Shown: piece by piece, positions 12,402-26,700 of the stretch
How positions within the stretch are numbered: the first letter of the stretch is position 1
Layout: each line of letters opens with the position of its first letter
Assembly: GCA_051362555.1 (NCBI GenBank)
Contig: CM120641.1
Location: 9,858,001 to 9,922,000, forward strand
Source: Lingula anatina
Taxonomy: Eukaryota > Animalia > Brachiopoda
DNA length: 64,000 nt
Direction of reading: 5' to 3'
Program-made: the position numbers and the translations under genes
The notes under the pieces: generated by a model
Databases searched by the model: none
Told to the model about the DNA's origin: nothing
Seen by the model: only the letters and a program-made list of their open reading frames with translations

Positions 12402-15400
12402 CTGTTAGACAGAACACTAATCACAAGCCACTGGTGAATAAACACATTAAGACACTGTAGATAAACACATTTTTTTCTTTTTTTCTTTTACAAAAATTAA
12501 TAAATAAATGGAAATAATTTTTTTTTCAAATTTTAAAATTGAAAAATAAAAGTAGACTTTAAAGTTGATGGGTTGTTTGGGTTAAAAAACCTTTACCTTT
12601 TATTAATTTAATGGTATGGATGAGGGTTTTATCATCTAAAGCAATGTATGGTGTGGGAATGTGTCAAAAATACCTTTACAAATAGACTTTTGAAGATTCC
12701 AGCTGCTACTTCATGGTGACCATATCTGGTGGCCTGCCTTGCCACTTTGTAAGCTTGCCAGTAATTGGTCACCTTTGTCAATGCCATGATTGTCTCTTGA
12801 CAGTCACCAGGTAACTCATAGGCAGCAGTGGCTTGAAAGACTAAGGTGCAGAGTGTTACCTAATAATCAATACACAGATAAAAATTATACTGACAGGTAA
12901 GGTTTTGTACACTTACTGTGATTAAAATTCCTAATATTTTCTTTCCCACTTAAACTCACAAACATCAATATTGCCCTGTTACAACAACCTGATTTTCAAT
13001 AAACCTTTAAGGTGAAATGTCTTTCAAAAATTTACGTTCTGAAATTTAACTATGAATCATTATTTATGTCGTTTTTGTTTTGGTACTGAACAAAGCAGCA
13101 AACAAACCAAGAAAACTTTTTAACCCAGTTGTGCAATCATTAAGTAATATTTTTTCAGTTAAAAGTGCCAAGAAAAATCATCCAAAATTTAACAAAAGAA
13201 ATAAGTCTTTGGGACACATGTTCTGACTTACTGCAAAATCATGCTGCCCAGACTCTGTTGCCTGTTTCAGTGTGGTCTGTATTTCAGAAAAGATGCTCTG
13301 CAGGCTTTCATTGTTGTAACTGCTCACTGCTGCTAGACAGTCACACAACAGGAGGGCACTGGACACTAGAAAAGTGGTTATATAATACTTTAAAATATTG
13401 TACACTTTAATGTCATTAAGTTTGTACTAAAATTAATTGTTTGTCTGTAATACATCTGTTGCAAGAATAAATGGTATTATTAAAATATTAACACCTAATT
13501 AAACATTGACCCAAATAAATGCAAATAAGCCACTATTATTGATTAGATCTCAAACAGTATGTATATAATTTCTAACCAGAAAACAGATTTAAAATTATTT
13601 TACATTATCCTTTTCATAATCTTAACTTTTATAATACAAACATTTTTTCCTTGTTTTTATTACTAATTCAGTTACCTGGGGCAGAGTTCAGGAGTGACGA
13701 GAGAAGATTAAGAAACTTTTCAGCCACAGATGAAGATGCTTCACTCAACTTCACTACTGACAAGAGGCAGACCTAGAATAAGCATTGAGACTTCCTAATA
13801 ACATACGATTCCCAATTACCTTTCTTAATAATTCAATTATGGTCTCTATGTGAAAATCTAACTTTTGGCAAAGCATTCCCACAAAACATCATTAAAAGTA
13901 AAACAGGAAGCATACAAAGAAATTGCATTTTTTATATAGCATTTATTTACTCTTTGGCATTTATTTTTTAATAACTAATTAAAAGAAAAAAATATGGTAC
14001 CTTCAAAGCTTCCTTGTTTTTCTTGTCATCACTCATAGCTGAAACTAGCACCAAAGCTTCTAAGGCAGTGCACGCTTCTAGTATGATGGGGAGGGTGTCA
14101 TCAGAAGTTTCTAAATTTAATATTTAATATTTTACATAAAGAGATAACAAATAAAAATGTTAAAGCAGCATATATGTCAATAAGAGAAACAAAACAACTA
14201 AGTCTGCAACAGCATTTTCCTAAATAGAAAGTGTTAAATATCTTCATCTGCATTGCTAAATGTGTGACTCTGTGTCTGAATACCAGGTATACATAAATTT
14301 ACTGGGCATGTTATAAAGGTTACACAAAATTATCAGTCCAGTTTTTAACAAAAATATTGTGGAACATAAATTATTAGTGAACATTACCCTTCAATGTCCA
14401 AAGTGCCAAGTCAGTGAGGAGTTCTGTTGCTCTAGAGGCAATGCTTGGGTTGATATGGTAACAGAACTCGGAACAGATGTGATGAAGTGCTGAACCTATA
14501 GACAGACATAACATTTTACACTACATACATACATACATACATACAGGATATTAGGATAAGATGCTTTAAATCTTGTCCTGCATTGCAGTTTATTTCTAAA
14601 TGATTCATTACGCTAGTTTAAGGACTGTGAAAATGTGATTTAATCCCTCCCTATAAATCAATATATGGGTTAACCATCTTTCCAAAGTTCACACAGTTTA
14701 TCTTGACTGATATATTGGTGAAATATGATTTATGATCTGGACTTTTTTCAAATGAGTTTTTCTATGTTCTGATGCCTAAGATACAGATTTCAGAACTATA
14801 TTTAAAGAGGACTTTTATATACTTTGTTATTTTTATCATATATATACCTTGAATTTGATTAAATGTGCTAAGAGCAATAGTTTTAGACAAAGACGTAAGC
14901 ACTAGCAGAGCTCCCTTTCTGAGACCATCTAAGGGGGTGTTCATGGTAAAACTGCAAAGGCACTGCAAATAAATCATTACATATAGAATAATGCTGGATT
15001 ACATCATAACCATAATTGCCTTGTAGATAATATACCAGATGATGCATTATCAACTTCCTGGAATATAAAATCAACAAAACACAAAAATTGCTTGTCAGGC
15101 GTAAGCTGATTAGTTGCTAACATATCAATTACAATTAATTTAAGTTTTTCTGAAAAATATTATAACAACAAAAAATATACTGTGTAGATAAAGAAAAAAA
15201 AACACCTGAATCTGTTGGACTGTCCACATGTGTGGGGCTCTCTTCACCAACAAGCGTAGATCTTGGAGTGCTGTGATCTTCACAAGGCGCCTGGGGTCCT
15301 TTTCCAGATAAACCAGCAACAGTTCCACCTGAAACAAATGTTTTCAATCTCATATTAAAAGCTTTGAAACACACTTTTTCTGTCTTGACTTAGCCTAGTC

Positions 15401-17262
15401 ATTTTTCCTTTTTTTTAATGAATTATGGAAGCTGACTGTCCATAAAAAAAGTACTGGAAAATGTTCAATAGTTTGCTAGAACTGATGGATAATAATTCTA
15501 CATTTATAACCCAAACTCAAGTTATCAACACATTTCAAGATCACTTGGATTCAGCATAGTGAACATTTTCAATTTTGGGGAAAATTCATTAGTTTATAAC
15601 TAATTTAATCCAAGGATGTATAAACGTCCTTGTTTAACCTTAATATGCCTTTGAGACACAACTGAACACTACGAAAACAGAAAGATTTATGTCCATTTAA
15701 AAATTTTTGTCAATACATGCTCAGTTTAGCTTAGTCAAAATAAAAAAACACCTAAACAAATCATCTGCAGTGCCCCTTATGACTCTGTCATAAGTGAAGA
15801 CATTAGGCATGCCTTGTATTACAGGAACATTTACCTGCTGTGGAATATCTATGAGTGACTTAGCTGCCAGCATTGAGAGAGTGTGCAGAGTGACAGTCAC
15901 CATGTCTCTGGCTGGGTAGTTAGGTAGCATCTCTTTACACAACTCACGCACCTGATTAAATAAACACATTTAGTACACTGTTTAACAAGTGTGTATTTAA
16001 ATTCTAGAATATCCTTTAATTCACTTCGTGAATCCTAGTTTTTAAAGTATGAAGATGAAAAACAGGAAATGATGTGAGAATCAAGCTGTTCATTTGCAAA
16101 TAAAAAATAAAATAAATTGGGTTAAAAAATGAACTTCTCAATTAAGACATGATTTGTTAGTAAAAAAATTACCTGACATATGCTATATATATAAATACAT
16201 TTAAACATTGGTGCATGACAACAATGCTCTGAGCATGTTTAAAGTCAAAATGTGCTTATCTATAATACTTAAAACCAAATTATATTCACTTTAAAATCTA
16301 TACTTAAAAAGATAAGTGTGATGACACATCCCCCCTTCATACCACTCACCCTGGCAGAGGTAGTGGCATCATGGTGCATATGTTGGAATACAGGGATCAG
16401 CTTCAACTTCATATCAACAGGAGTGGCCAGCCCTTGGATCATCTCAGCCAGCTTCTGGCATACGCTGGTGGCAAATTGTCTAAAACAACATTTCTTTTAA
16501 GATAATTTCACATAAAAGACATTTTTTAATTCATAATTATCATAGAATGTCTGCCAAGTATTGAAGTATAGTTTTAGACAAAACACTAAAAAAGCAAGCA
16601 TTTTATCATAAAGCAAGTTAAAATAAATAATCTTTCCAAAAGCTCCAATGCTGTTTGAAATTGGTAACGCCCCATTGCACATCTAAGGCAAACAACTCTG
16701 AGGTGAAAAAATTCAGAAAAGTACAAATTTTGTTGTAGTCTGGTGTCTTCATGACTGTTTTCAGCTTAGTCACAACACTCACTTTGAACGATCAGCAAAA
16801 CATGATGCTACAAATATGGCTGCTTCAACTTCCACAGCATCATGGGAATCCAAGCTGTTGATGACACTGTGGTGAGCATTCTTCCTGTCTGAGATAATAC
16901 TGGCAATGCTACCCATTGTTCTGAAACATAAAACAAATCATTATTATCAGACCTTTATGACCTGCTTGTTTCATAGTGACTCAGACTTAACAATCAAGCT
17001 GTTTAAATAATATTTCCATCAACATGATATTGTTTGATAAAACACTTCTCTGGTAATCTACCTCTATTAGTATCATCATGTTTAACTGGCTATATATTCA
17101 TAACTCCAACAGATTATTATGGTGACAGGGATACCCTTTAAATGTACTGCACTCTTTTGATCTGGAAATCTAATTTTCTAGAAGCAATTCCAGGAATAGT
17201 AATTTCCAAATCTTTTCAATGTCAATATTATTCTGACAGAAGCATTGCGACTTCTTTTTCTT

Positions 17263-17309
<47 letters not shown>

Positions 17310-18217
17310 TGAAGGACTTTCTGCAGTATTGTGCTGTACACATTTCACCAATGCAAATCAATGGTAATTCACCTCAGCGTGATGGCTCTGGCCACTGGGT
17401 CATTGCTGTGAATGACAGAAAATATTCTCCTCACAAATTCGTCCACATTTAGGATCTTATCAAGATGCTTTTGGCTTTGCTGCATAACTTTTAAAATGGT
17501 CAGCCTTTGGAAATTTGTCCTGAAAAGAAAAATGTTCATGTATATGGTACTATAGAAATGAAAATACTAGTAATCAAATTTCAGATGATTTTATGCCTTC
17601 AGCCCTCCTCCCCTACAAAAAACAATTATAATAAATATATAAATAAGTTAATAAAAATAATAAAATGAACAAAATAACTACTAGATCTATAATAATGCAA
17701 AGCTAAACTTACTCAAACTATATGTGCAGAATATATAGCTTCTCTACTTGATTAAATACAACTCTGGAATATCTACTTACCCTGTTCTGAAAACGTCAGC
17801 AAGTTTTAGTGATGCAGAGTTGATCAAAATTGGAAATGGATACTTCTCAAATAGCTTGGGAAACCTTACTATAGCTTCACACTGCTCCCCCGGTTTCTGG
17901 GACCTTAATCCTGCCAGAAAAAGAATATATGAAAAAATTATTCATGCCCAATTTTCAACTTGGGCTCTTTTGTAAAACTGTATCACTGCGACAGATGGAA
18001 AGTACCATGTGTAAAAGAAAATTGTGCCAACCTTTTTAATGAACATTTCACCTCAGATAAATCGTACAATGTAATCCAGTAAGGTTGTGTTAATACTGGT
18101 TGGGGGGTCACCTTTATCAAGCTCCAAAAGAGCTGAATTTGCATCCTGCTCTTGTTCTCCATAGCTTGAATCACTAGTTATTCCTGAATTCTTATATGAC
18201 AAACTCATGCCTGACAT
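9531..18217 (-). CDS. INTS7: Integrator complex subunit 7
   Basis: About 20 exons. Exon 1 (18217-18112) reads MSGMSLSYKNSGITSDSSYGEQEQDANSALLELDKG, followed by LRSQKPGEQCEA, HSNDPVARAITLR, DPRRLVKITALQDL, SSEQFLFWLTSL and PHNDYFSAHFLL...WKTGP, all matching INTS7. Stop at 9531. Confidence 0.96.
11053..11254 (-). other. U12-type (minor spliceosome) GT-AG intron in INTS7
   Basis: Donor GTATCCTTT (11254-11246), branch point TTCCTTGAT (11072-11064) about 10 nt from the AG, no polypyrimidine tract, reading frame preserved. Confidence 0.93.
12363..12400. repeat. (TA)n microsatellite
   Basis: Direct observation. Confidence 0.95.
17267..17308. repeat. Poly(T) homopolymer (poly(A) on the INTS7 sense strand)
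   Basis: Direct observation. Confidence 0.95.
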
Positions 18218-18498
18218 AATTGTTAATGTATTGGCACCGCATCAAACAAAGTTGGTGTCAGCGTCAACCAAAGCTGCACACATGCGCTGAAACCGGAAGT
18301 TATTATTTTAACTATGCAAAGAAATTTGTGGTGGAAATACAAGTGACGTTTTTGCTCCTAACGAACTCATTATGCAGAAAGATTTAAAAGAAAAAAATAT
18401 TTCCCTATTTTTTCATATGACTTATATTAAGCATATCATATCATATCATTGTTAATTGTTATAAATATTTTTCTGCGGGATAGAAAAAGGCGGAAGTC
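18218..18498. promoter_or_regulatory. Bidirectional promoter INTS7/COMMD1
   Basis: Divergent ATGs 281 bp apart; ETS-type motifs CCGGAAGT 18293-18300 and GCGGAAGT 18490-18497; CpGs retained locally. Confidence 0.8.
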
Positions 18499-19828
18499 AT
18501 GGCAGACGAAGCAAAGAGTTTGTTGGCTCTTTTAAACGGCATTGCACGCAAAGATTACTACAATGACACAGATATTACACACGATTTGCTCAAGAGTGAA
18601 CTATACGCGGATATGTCGGAGGAAGATTTTCAAAATCTGCTGAAGAAATCGACCAATTTAATCAAGGTAAATACTACCCAGATCAAACCTAAACTAATAC
18701 AAGTTGATCATTCCATTTATGACATTATGTACAACATTAGTTATAGTACTTCTACTGGAATAATAAATAGAACATCGCCGAATATTAGGTGTTAATGCAC
18801 TAAATATATTCTAGTTCATTTATGATATTTTGTAAAGAGATTTTTTTGTTCTAAACTTATGATTATAGTCAATATATATACCACAAAAGTTTTTAGAAAT
18901 ATTATTTACCAATTATATTCCCTGGCCATAAACCGACTCTTGCCTCAGTTTAAATTGAATCAACCCTCCCTCCTAGTTTTTTTTTTTTAATTTTGCTCAA
19001 AGTACCCATTATCAATAAACGTTTGACAAAATTTGCTTACTTTTTGCAATAATTACATTTATTTACACATACTGAGTAAAATGCTCAATTTCAATATACA
19101 TGTTGTTATTAATTACATTACTTTGCAGAGCATGTCATCAGCTGACATGGATTTTAACCAACTGGAAGCCTTCTTGACATCACAGACAAGGAAGAAGGAT
19201 GGTGGACTGACAGAGGAGCAGGCCAAAGTTTATGCCAAGTTCTGGAAAAACCATAAGACAAAAATCCACGATAGCCTAGTTGCCCAATCTACATGGGATA
19301 ATACTCTTAAATCTGTTAACTGGAGGATAGATATTAAAACTCAGGCAAAACACATTGAACAAATCAACACCCCCACTGCTATTGTAGAGGTACAATTAGA
19401 AAGTGCTAAAGATGAGGTACTTTGTTTTTTTTTTAATGCACACTCTTCTTGAAAATGATGATATCTGCTTTTGTCATTCTAATTAACTTACTTATTTTTT
19501 TATGTATGAAAGGTTTTGTTTGTAAATAAGATGTTTTTTTTCAAAGGTGCCTTATTATTTCTTATGTTTAATTGTGGTCAAATACATATATTGATTATCA
19601 TAGTACTGCAGTAGTTATATTTTTATACTCATAAAATTGCTTTTTTCTTTTATGAGGACCATGTGTAGAGTTTCATCATAAAGGGAATTCTAAAATCACT
19701 CTTGTATTCCTTTTTAGACCCAAGAGACTTTGACATTTGAGATGGATGAAGAAAAACTAAAAGATGTTTTAAGCAGTATACAGGACATTGAAAAACAGAT
19801 TGTTCAGTATTGCCAAAATCAGGGATAA
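18499..19828 (+). CDS. COMMD1: COMM domain-containing protein 1
   Basis: Exons 18499-18666, 19129-19416, 19718-19828 (188 aa). Peptides SADMDFNQLEAFLTSQTRKKDGG, FWKNHKTKIHDSL and the COMM motif WRIDIK. Confidence 0.96.
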
Positions 19829-20783
19829 CACAGGAAAGAAAATGACAGGAAATAAAATTTATATTACACATTGTTATAAGATGCAAGAGGGGCCTGCTGG
19901 CATAGAATGTTTAGGTGCATGTTAAGTTAAACATTTGATGAATGTCTGTGAGATTACCAAAAAAATAAAGACTGAAATTTCAAGAAGGGTGACTGATATA
20001 AGCATGATTAAGATGTGTTAGAGATGCCTTGTGAGGTGCATTTAAATTGCTCTTCTGAACATTTTATAAAATGGCAAAAGAAATGATGTACAATTCTTGT
20101 AATAGTAGTAGTTATTTATGTCAGTTGGGATTGGCTGTGTGAAAAGGCCTGATTTCATGAGCTGGTGATACAGGATTATGATTTAAATTCGCCTTATATT
20201 AAGACAATAAAACAGAAATTGCCAAGAAGTTGATTCTGGAAAAAATGATAAAAAGAAATAAATATGATTATTAATAGAGAGAACTTTAAAGAGATAAAGT
20301 TTTGCATATTAAAAAAAAAGAAAAGAAATACCATAAAAATAAGATGTATCATTTCAAGATCATATTTTGTTGCAATGACAATTTTTAAACTTGCAACACT
20401 GATATTATTGTGCAAAATAAAAATATAATGTACATTGCACATAATATTATGATTGAAAAATAAACTCAGTATTATTTCAATGATAAATTGTTCCCTTTAG
20501 CATTTTTAGCTGACAGATATATACTGTTAAACACCTGCAGTCATTTGTTTTTGTATAATCACAGCATTGGTAAATAATCAAGTCTACTAGCTGGTATTTG
20601 GACAGGAAAAGGACTAAGATTTTCATATTGCTCTATGTTTTAGAACAGCTATATATTGATAAACCAAACTTGTTTTACTTTTGTTGAAGTAAGCTCATTT
20701 TGGCACTTTTCCAACAGGTGCCTTCAGACACGCCCCCGTCAATGTGGCCGCCAGACGGCGACTCTCACACGTAAACAAGAAAG

Positions 20784-23700
20784 ATGGCGCACAGGGGCGC
20801 AGGACTATGTCGGGGGTTCAGCCGATACATAAAAGAGAGCAAGCTCGCAGCTTGTTCTGTGAAAAAATGGCCTATAATATTAAGACGGACTATGGCATCA
20901 GCATCTTCACCAATATGCACAACGTATATTCCGGAGTTTGACGGGACAAGCGGGATAAAATCCTACCAAGACCTCCACGACCTGAGTCTTCGAGACCCAG
21001 ATCTATTTTGGGGTCGACTGGCCAGAAGTCGCGTCAAGTGGATGACCGACTTCGACCAAGTTCAGAAATGCGATATGGAAAAGGGGGATTTTAAATGGTT
21101 TCTAGGAGGAAAGCTTAATGTTACAGGTTTGATAACTTGTGTCACTTTATTAACACAGAGCACAAAAGTTGGATTCGTCGAACGACCAAAGATAAAATGT
21201 TACCCTTCAATGGCCTCATTTTTACAGCACCCAAGCTGCTGCAGCTGCTTTCTTGCCGTTTTAACCCAACTAGTTTCAGTGTATCTTTACATTTATTTTA
21301 AATTCATGTGCATTTTAATTTAATTTTAACATGAAAATATTTTGCAAATTAAATCTCTTTCAATGTGGGTAGATAATAAATCAGAAGATTAACAGATATA
21401 TAGATAAACAAGTGAATTAGTGAATCATAGTAAAACAAAATATATTGCAATTAGTATGTGGGAAATTAACAGATAAATTAATTGATAGATTAACAATCAA
21501 ATGCAAATGAGTAGATAAATGAATGATAAAAAAGAATAACATGGGTCGACCCTTAAGCAGAATATGGAAAAAATATGAAAAAGTCTGAAACTTAAAAAAT
21601 CTTTCTGATTTATATTTTTATAATCATGTGTGCTTGTCCACATCTATGTTTATGTAGAATTCCATTATTTTTTTAAATTTTATGGTTAAATACATGTTCA
21701 TTAAAATAATTAACCAAACTTCTGACAAAGTTTTAAATGTGAACATTATCAGTGTTGAAACATTGATACTAGAGGTTTTGAGTTGACCAAGTTTATGGTT
21801 TAGTTGGAGCCTCTAGGGTGGCCTACAGGATACTGAGTTGGACCATAAATAACTTAAGTCATAAAATAATTTAATGTTCCCCGGCTCTTGAAAAGATAAA
21901 CCCATGATTGCCTGGTAGAACAAACACTTAAAATTGAATTTAAACAAATATTATATGTATCAAAAGCTTATAGGGGTCAATTTGAAAAAAATAAAAGTGA
22001 ATTTTGTTATATATTGTCATTATATGACTTGGATATGCCATGCTTGGAAATTTAAAATTTTATCATATGAGCTTCTGCTTACACTGCTTTTATTAACATG
22101 CATTTTTGTTTCTTATATTTATACTTATATTGATAGAAAACCTATATTTAGAAATTTGAGGTAAGCGCATTGTACATGGTGTAAAATGGAAGAATTTTCA
22201 TTTTAAGTTGTATAGATAACTAAAGATGCATATCAAAAATATTTAAAGTTGTTTTGCAATGCACGTCTTTAGCATAATAAGTGCAAATATTTTTTCTGTA
22301 AATGATATGAAAATAAAATTGAGTGTGGATATATTTGGCATGTTTTAGAGAGCTGCATTGATAGACATGTCGAGAGCACTCCAAACAAAGTGGCATTAAT
22401 TTGGGAAAAAGATGAACCTGGAACAGAAGAACATGTTACTTACAAGTAAGAATCTGTTGCACTGAAAGCTCTCTTATCTCCATTTCAACAGCTGATGTAT
22501 TTCCCATGGAGCTTTCCCATCTAGTGTTAAACTAGCATCTCTGGTATAAAGGAAACATACTTCATATTTCTTGTTTCTTTATATTCTGAGCCTTATTACA
22601 TATTATAAATATTAATATAATTAAAGCACAAAACTGGAAAAAGATAAATATATTTATTTCTAAGAAAGTGGAAATTTTCATTTGGATGAGCTTAGTACAG
22701 TCGACATATTTTGAAGAAATAGCAACAAAATGATATGATGCTGAAGTATAGTTTATAACACAAATCTCTGAATAAGATTTTGGCACAAAAGATGCTTTAA
22801 TATTCTAATGGCCCTCAACATTAACTTTCAAATAAAAAACTATCACTTCAATGTATTTCTGAAATATTTGATATAAGTATAAATATAAATATAAATTTTG
22901 TAGACCAAATTTTTCTTTTTTCTTCTAAATAAGTATTGATTGTAAACAATAACATGCATCACTTGCATTTCCTTCACATAGACTTATGATTTTAGAGTAT
23001 GGTGTTGTAATTTCAGTACTTAAAAAGAATGAAAGGTGCTACTGAACATTTATATTGAACTACCTGGGAAGATGACAGACAAAGACAGTTATGTCTAACA
23101 TCTCTTAAAAAAACAAATTGATATATATTGCAGAGAACTCTACCATAAGATGAACCAGATTGCTAATATGTTGAAGGATCATGGTGTGAAGAGAGGAGAT
23201 CCTGTCGCCATATACATGCCTGTGTCCCCACTTCTAGTGGCTAGCATGCTGGCATGTGCAAGAATAGGAGCTGTACACAGTGTGGTCTTTGCTGGGTTCA
23301 GTGCTGAGTCCCTGGCTGCGCGTATCAATGATGGTAAGTTTTTTCAAAAATACATAATTATAAAGTTATGTTGGATCTGCTGAATTCTGGTATTTCAATA
23401 CTGATTTAACTAGTAAAAATAAGATTAAAAACTATATATTTGTATGATAGAAACTATGTATTTGTGAATCATACCTGTATGTAGGATCCTGAAATATAAA
23501 GGTAATAATACATTAGAGATTGGTCATACTCAGTTGAATAATGGATACTTTATTCTCTTTACAAGAGGCCAGCTGAGTGATGACATTAATTCCATGCAAA
23601 AATTCTTGCTTACAGTAGAAAAAGCTGTAAAGAATTAACCAGAGACGTGTCTGGGAATATCTAGTGATAAATCAATATGTGCCCCTGGCAGAGTGTGGGT

Positions 23701-26700
23701 ATTATGATATTGTTTATTTACCTTGTTGTTTGCCAGTCACAATCATTAGATCATATGTATTCCACAGAATCCTGTTTGATTTTATCCTAAATTGCAAGAC
23801 TTAGCACTATCTCAGAGATTCTCATTTCAGCAATATATTTCTTCAATTCTGTTTGTACATGGCACTTTTAGTATCTGATAATTTTGTTTAAAATTTAGCT
23901 GGAGCAGAAACTGTGATCACCAGTGATTTTGCAGTACGTGGAGGGAAGCTTGTAGAACTGAAGAACACTGTGGATGCTGCATTGGAGAAATGCCCTGGTG
24001 TCAAGAGAGTGTTCATGGCAACCAGAACTAATAAAGAAGTTTCAATGGGAGAGAAGGATTTTCTGCTAAAAGAGGTACTATTGAATGTGCAAGGGTTATA
24101 GTCATTGAAATATCAAAATTAGTGATTGTAACATATACGAGATATGTTTGATCTGCGGATTTACTTACTGTCATTAAGGGTATATATAAAACATACGGTG
24201 AAATAATGACTTGGACATTAGCTTTATTAAAATAGCTTTTGGCCTTGAAACCCCTGTTGAAATATAAAACTACATAAATTGCCATAAAAGAATTATCATA
24301 TTGTTCTCTTACTCTTAAAAAACAAACACAATGCATAAATTTCTCATTGTTTAGTAATCAGTTATTTACTTTTTGCAAGCTATTTCATAACTGTTATTCA
24401 CTACTAATTACATATTTTGGGCTAGGAAATGGCCCAGTATCCAGAAATGTGTATCCCAGAGAAGATGGACAGTGAAGACACACTATTTATGTTGTATACA
24501 TCAGGGAGTACAGGCAAGCCCAAGGGATTGGTACACACACAGGCGGGATATATTGTGTATACCACTGTAACTCATCAGGTGAACTGTCATATGCCAAATA
24601 CATGGTCTTTATGTAATAACATGAAAAACTATTTTTCTCAGTTAAAATTATTGCAGCAATTTTTTTTGTTTATCCCTTTTGAATAATTCATTCATTCTTC
24701 ACTTTTACTTTTAGCAATGTGTGTTTGTGTGTGAATTCAAAAGTACATGTAGTAGGCAAAAAGATATTAGAACATTGTCTGTTTAATGTCAGTTTTAAAT
24801 AATAAAAATACAAAATGTGTTCTTTTTTAGATGGTTTTTAATTACCAGCCAGAAGATATTTTTGCATGTGTAGCAGACATCGGATGGATCACTGGCCACA
24901 GTTATGGGGTGTATGGACCTCTCAGCAATGGTGCTACCTCAGTATTGTTTGAAAGCACACCCACATATCCTGACCCAGGTGAGAAAATGTTTTTTTTTTT
25001 CTGTCAGATAGCTGATTTATATAAATTTCCAAAGGTTTTAGGATACATATGTTGAGATCTGTTTATTAGACTTGTTTTGGTCAATAATCTAAATATATTA
25101 ATCCAATTGAAAATTGTAGCCCAAGAATCCAAATGATATCTGAAATAAGTATTTTGAGTAACATTTTTTTCAAAAGTGAACAATTTGCCATTTGCAAAAT
25201 GAAAAACAAAACAGAGAGAGAAAATGATTATTGAATCTTTTATTGAGAAAGACTGTTAGTAGATTGTAAAGTAAATGTTTCAGTTGGATCGAAAATATTC
25301 AACAAAATACATATTAGTTTCACAGAGAGTTCTGTGTTTCAGGACGTTACTGGGAAATGGTAGAAAGACTGAAGGTGAACATACTGTACCTTGCTCCCAC
25401 TGCTCTGAGATTACTGCTGAAGTCTGGAGATTCCTTTGTCACCAAGTATGACAGGTCATCACTCAAAACACTGGGGTGTGGTAGGTTGACAGAGCTTTGA
25501 TAGATACTCTTTTTTTTAAGCAGGCAGCAAAATGTTTATGTGCTTTCATAACATGTCAAACCATACAAAATATACTGGTATTTATGGTTTTAATATGCAT
25601 GCCTCTTTATCCTCACTTATGTTAAAGTTTTGCTATTTTTACATGTCAGTGAAACTCCTGATTTGTATTGCTGATTACTTGTAATTCAGAAAAAAATATA
25701 AAAGTCATTGAAGGTTGCAGAGGACTTACTTTCCAAAGTAAATGTAATGTGTTACAACACATTCAGCGAGAATTAGTTTCCGGATATTTTCAGTTGGCGA
25801 ACCTCTGAACCGTGAAGCCTTTGAGTGGTATCATGACATTGTTGGGGAGAAAAGATGTGATGTTGTAGACACCTGGTGGCAAACAGGTATACTACAGTCC
25901 TTATGTCTCACAAGTTACAATTTGAATGTTGAAGTATTTAAAGATCAAAAACCATCACTTGACACTGGCTGTGGATGTGTGTGTGTTGTTTTATAGTGAG
26001 ATTATAGATAGGTAATGGCTGCATTCAGAACGGTGGACTAACTAGTCCGTGGGCCAATTATGGCAATCCACTTAAAAGCTTGCCATCTTATCTGATAATA
26101 GACACTGAATAGATTCCCTGTGGGGAAGTATTCAAGTGGGTCAGCCATGTTTGACTCTTGGACTAGTTAGTCCACTGCTCCGAATGCAGCCATAGATAGA
26201 TACTAGCAGACAACCAAACTGAATGATGTTTCCATTATTTTACATGCGCAAGAAATCTTTCCAGCTGTAAAGATAGTGGTTTACTGATTATTCATAACAT
26301 TTTATACAATTTAAGAATTTATGATATTTTAGAAACAGGAGGGATTTTGATAAGTCCCCGTCCATCAGCCCCAGGAGCAGAGATCAGGCCAGGCATGCCT
26401 ATGAGGCCTTTCTTTGGTGTAGATCCAGTACTTCTGAATGAGAAGGTGAGGCAGAAGGGTGTGCTTCATTAAAAAAAATGAAAAAGTATTACTAGTTTTT
26501 TCAGCTGATCTATCTTGTTAGTAGACAAAACAGTAGAAATAAAGTATAAGTATACTTGTGGTTGGAAAATTTGTATTTGATATTTATGGCTTATAAAAAT
26601 GGATAGTATTGCAAATACATATGGAATTTGAAAACTCCCACAGGGTTAGTGCCAGTAAAGTGGTAGCATGAATGGCAATAGTAGAAAGCATACATGTGAC

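Noticed and set aside
23575-23880. GTGATGA-initiated segment in an ACSS1 intron as a possible scaRNA
   Set aside because: No properly placed D box, stem or snRNA guide identified.
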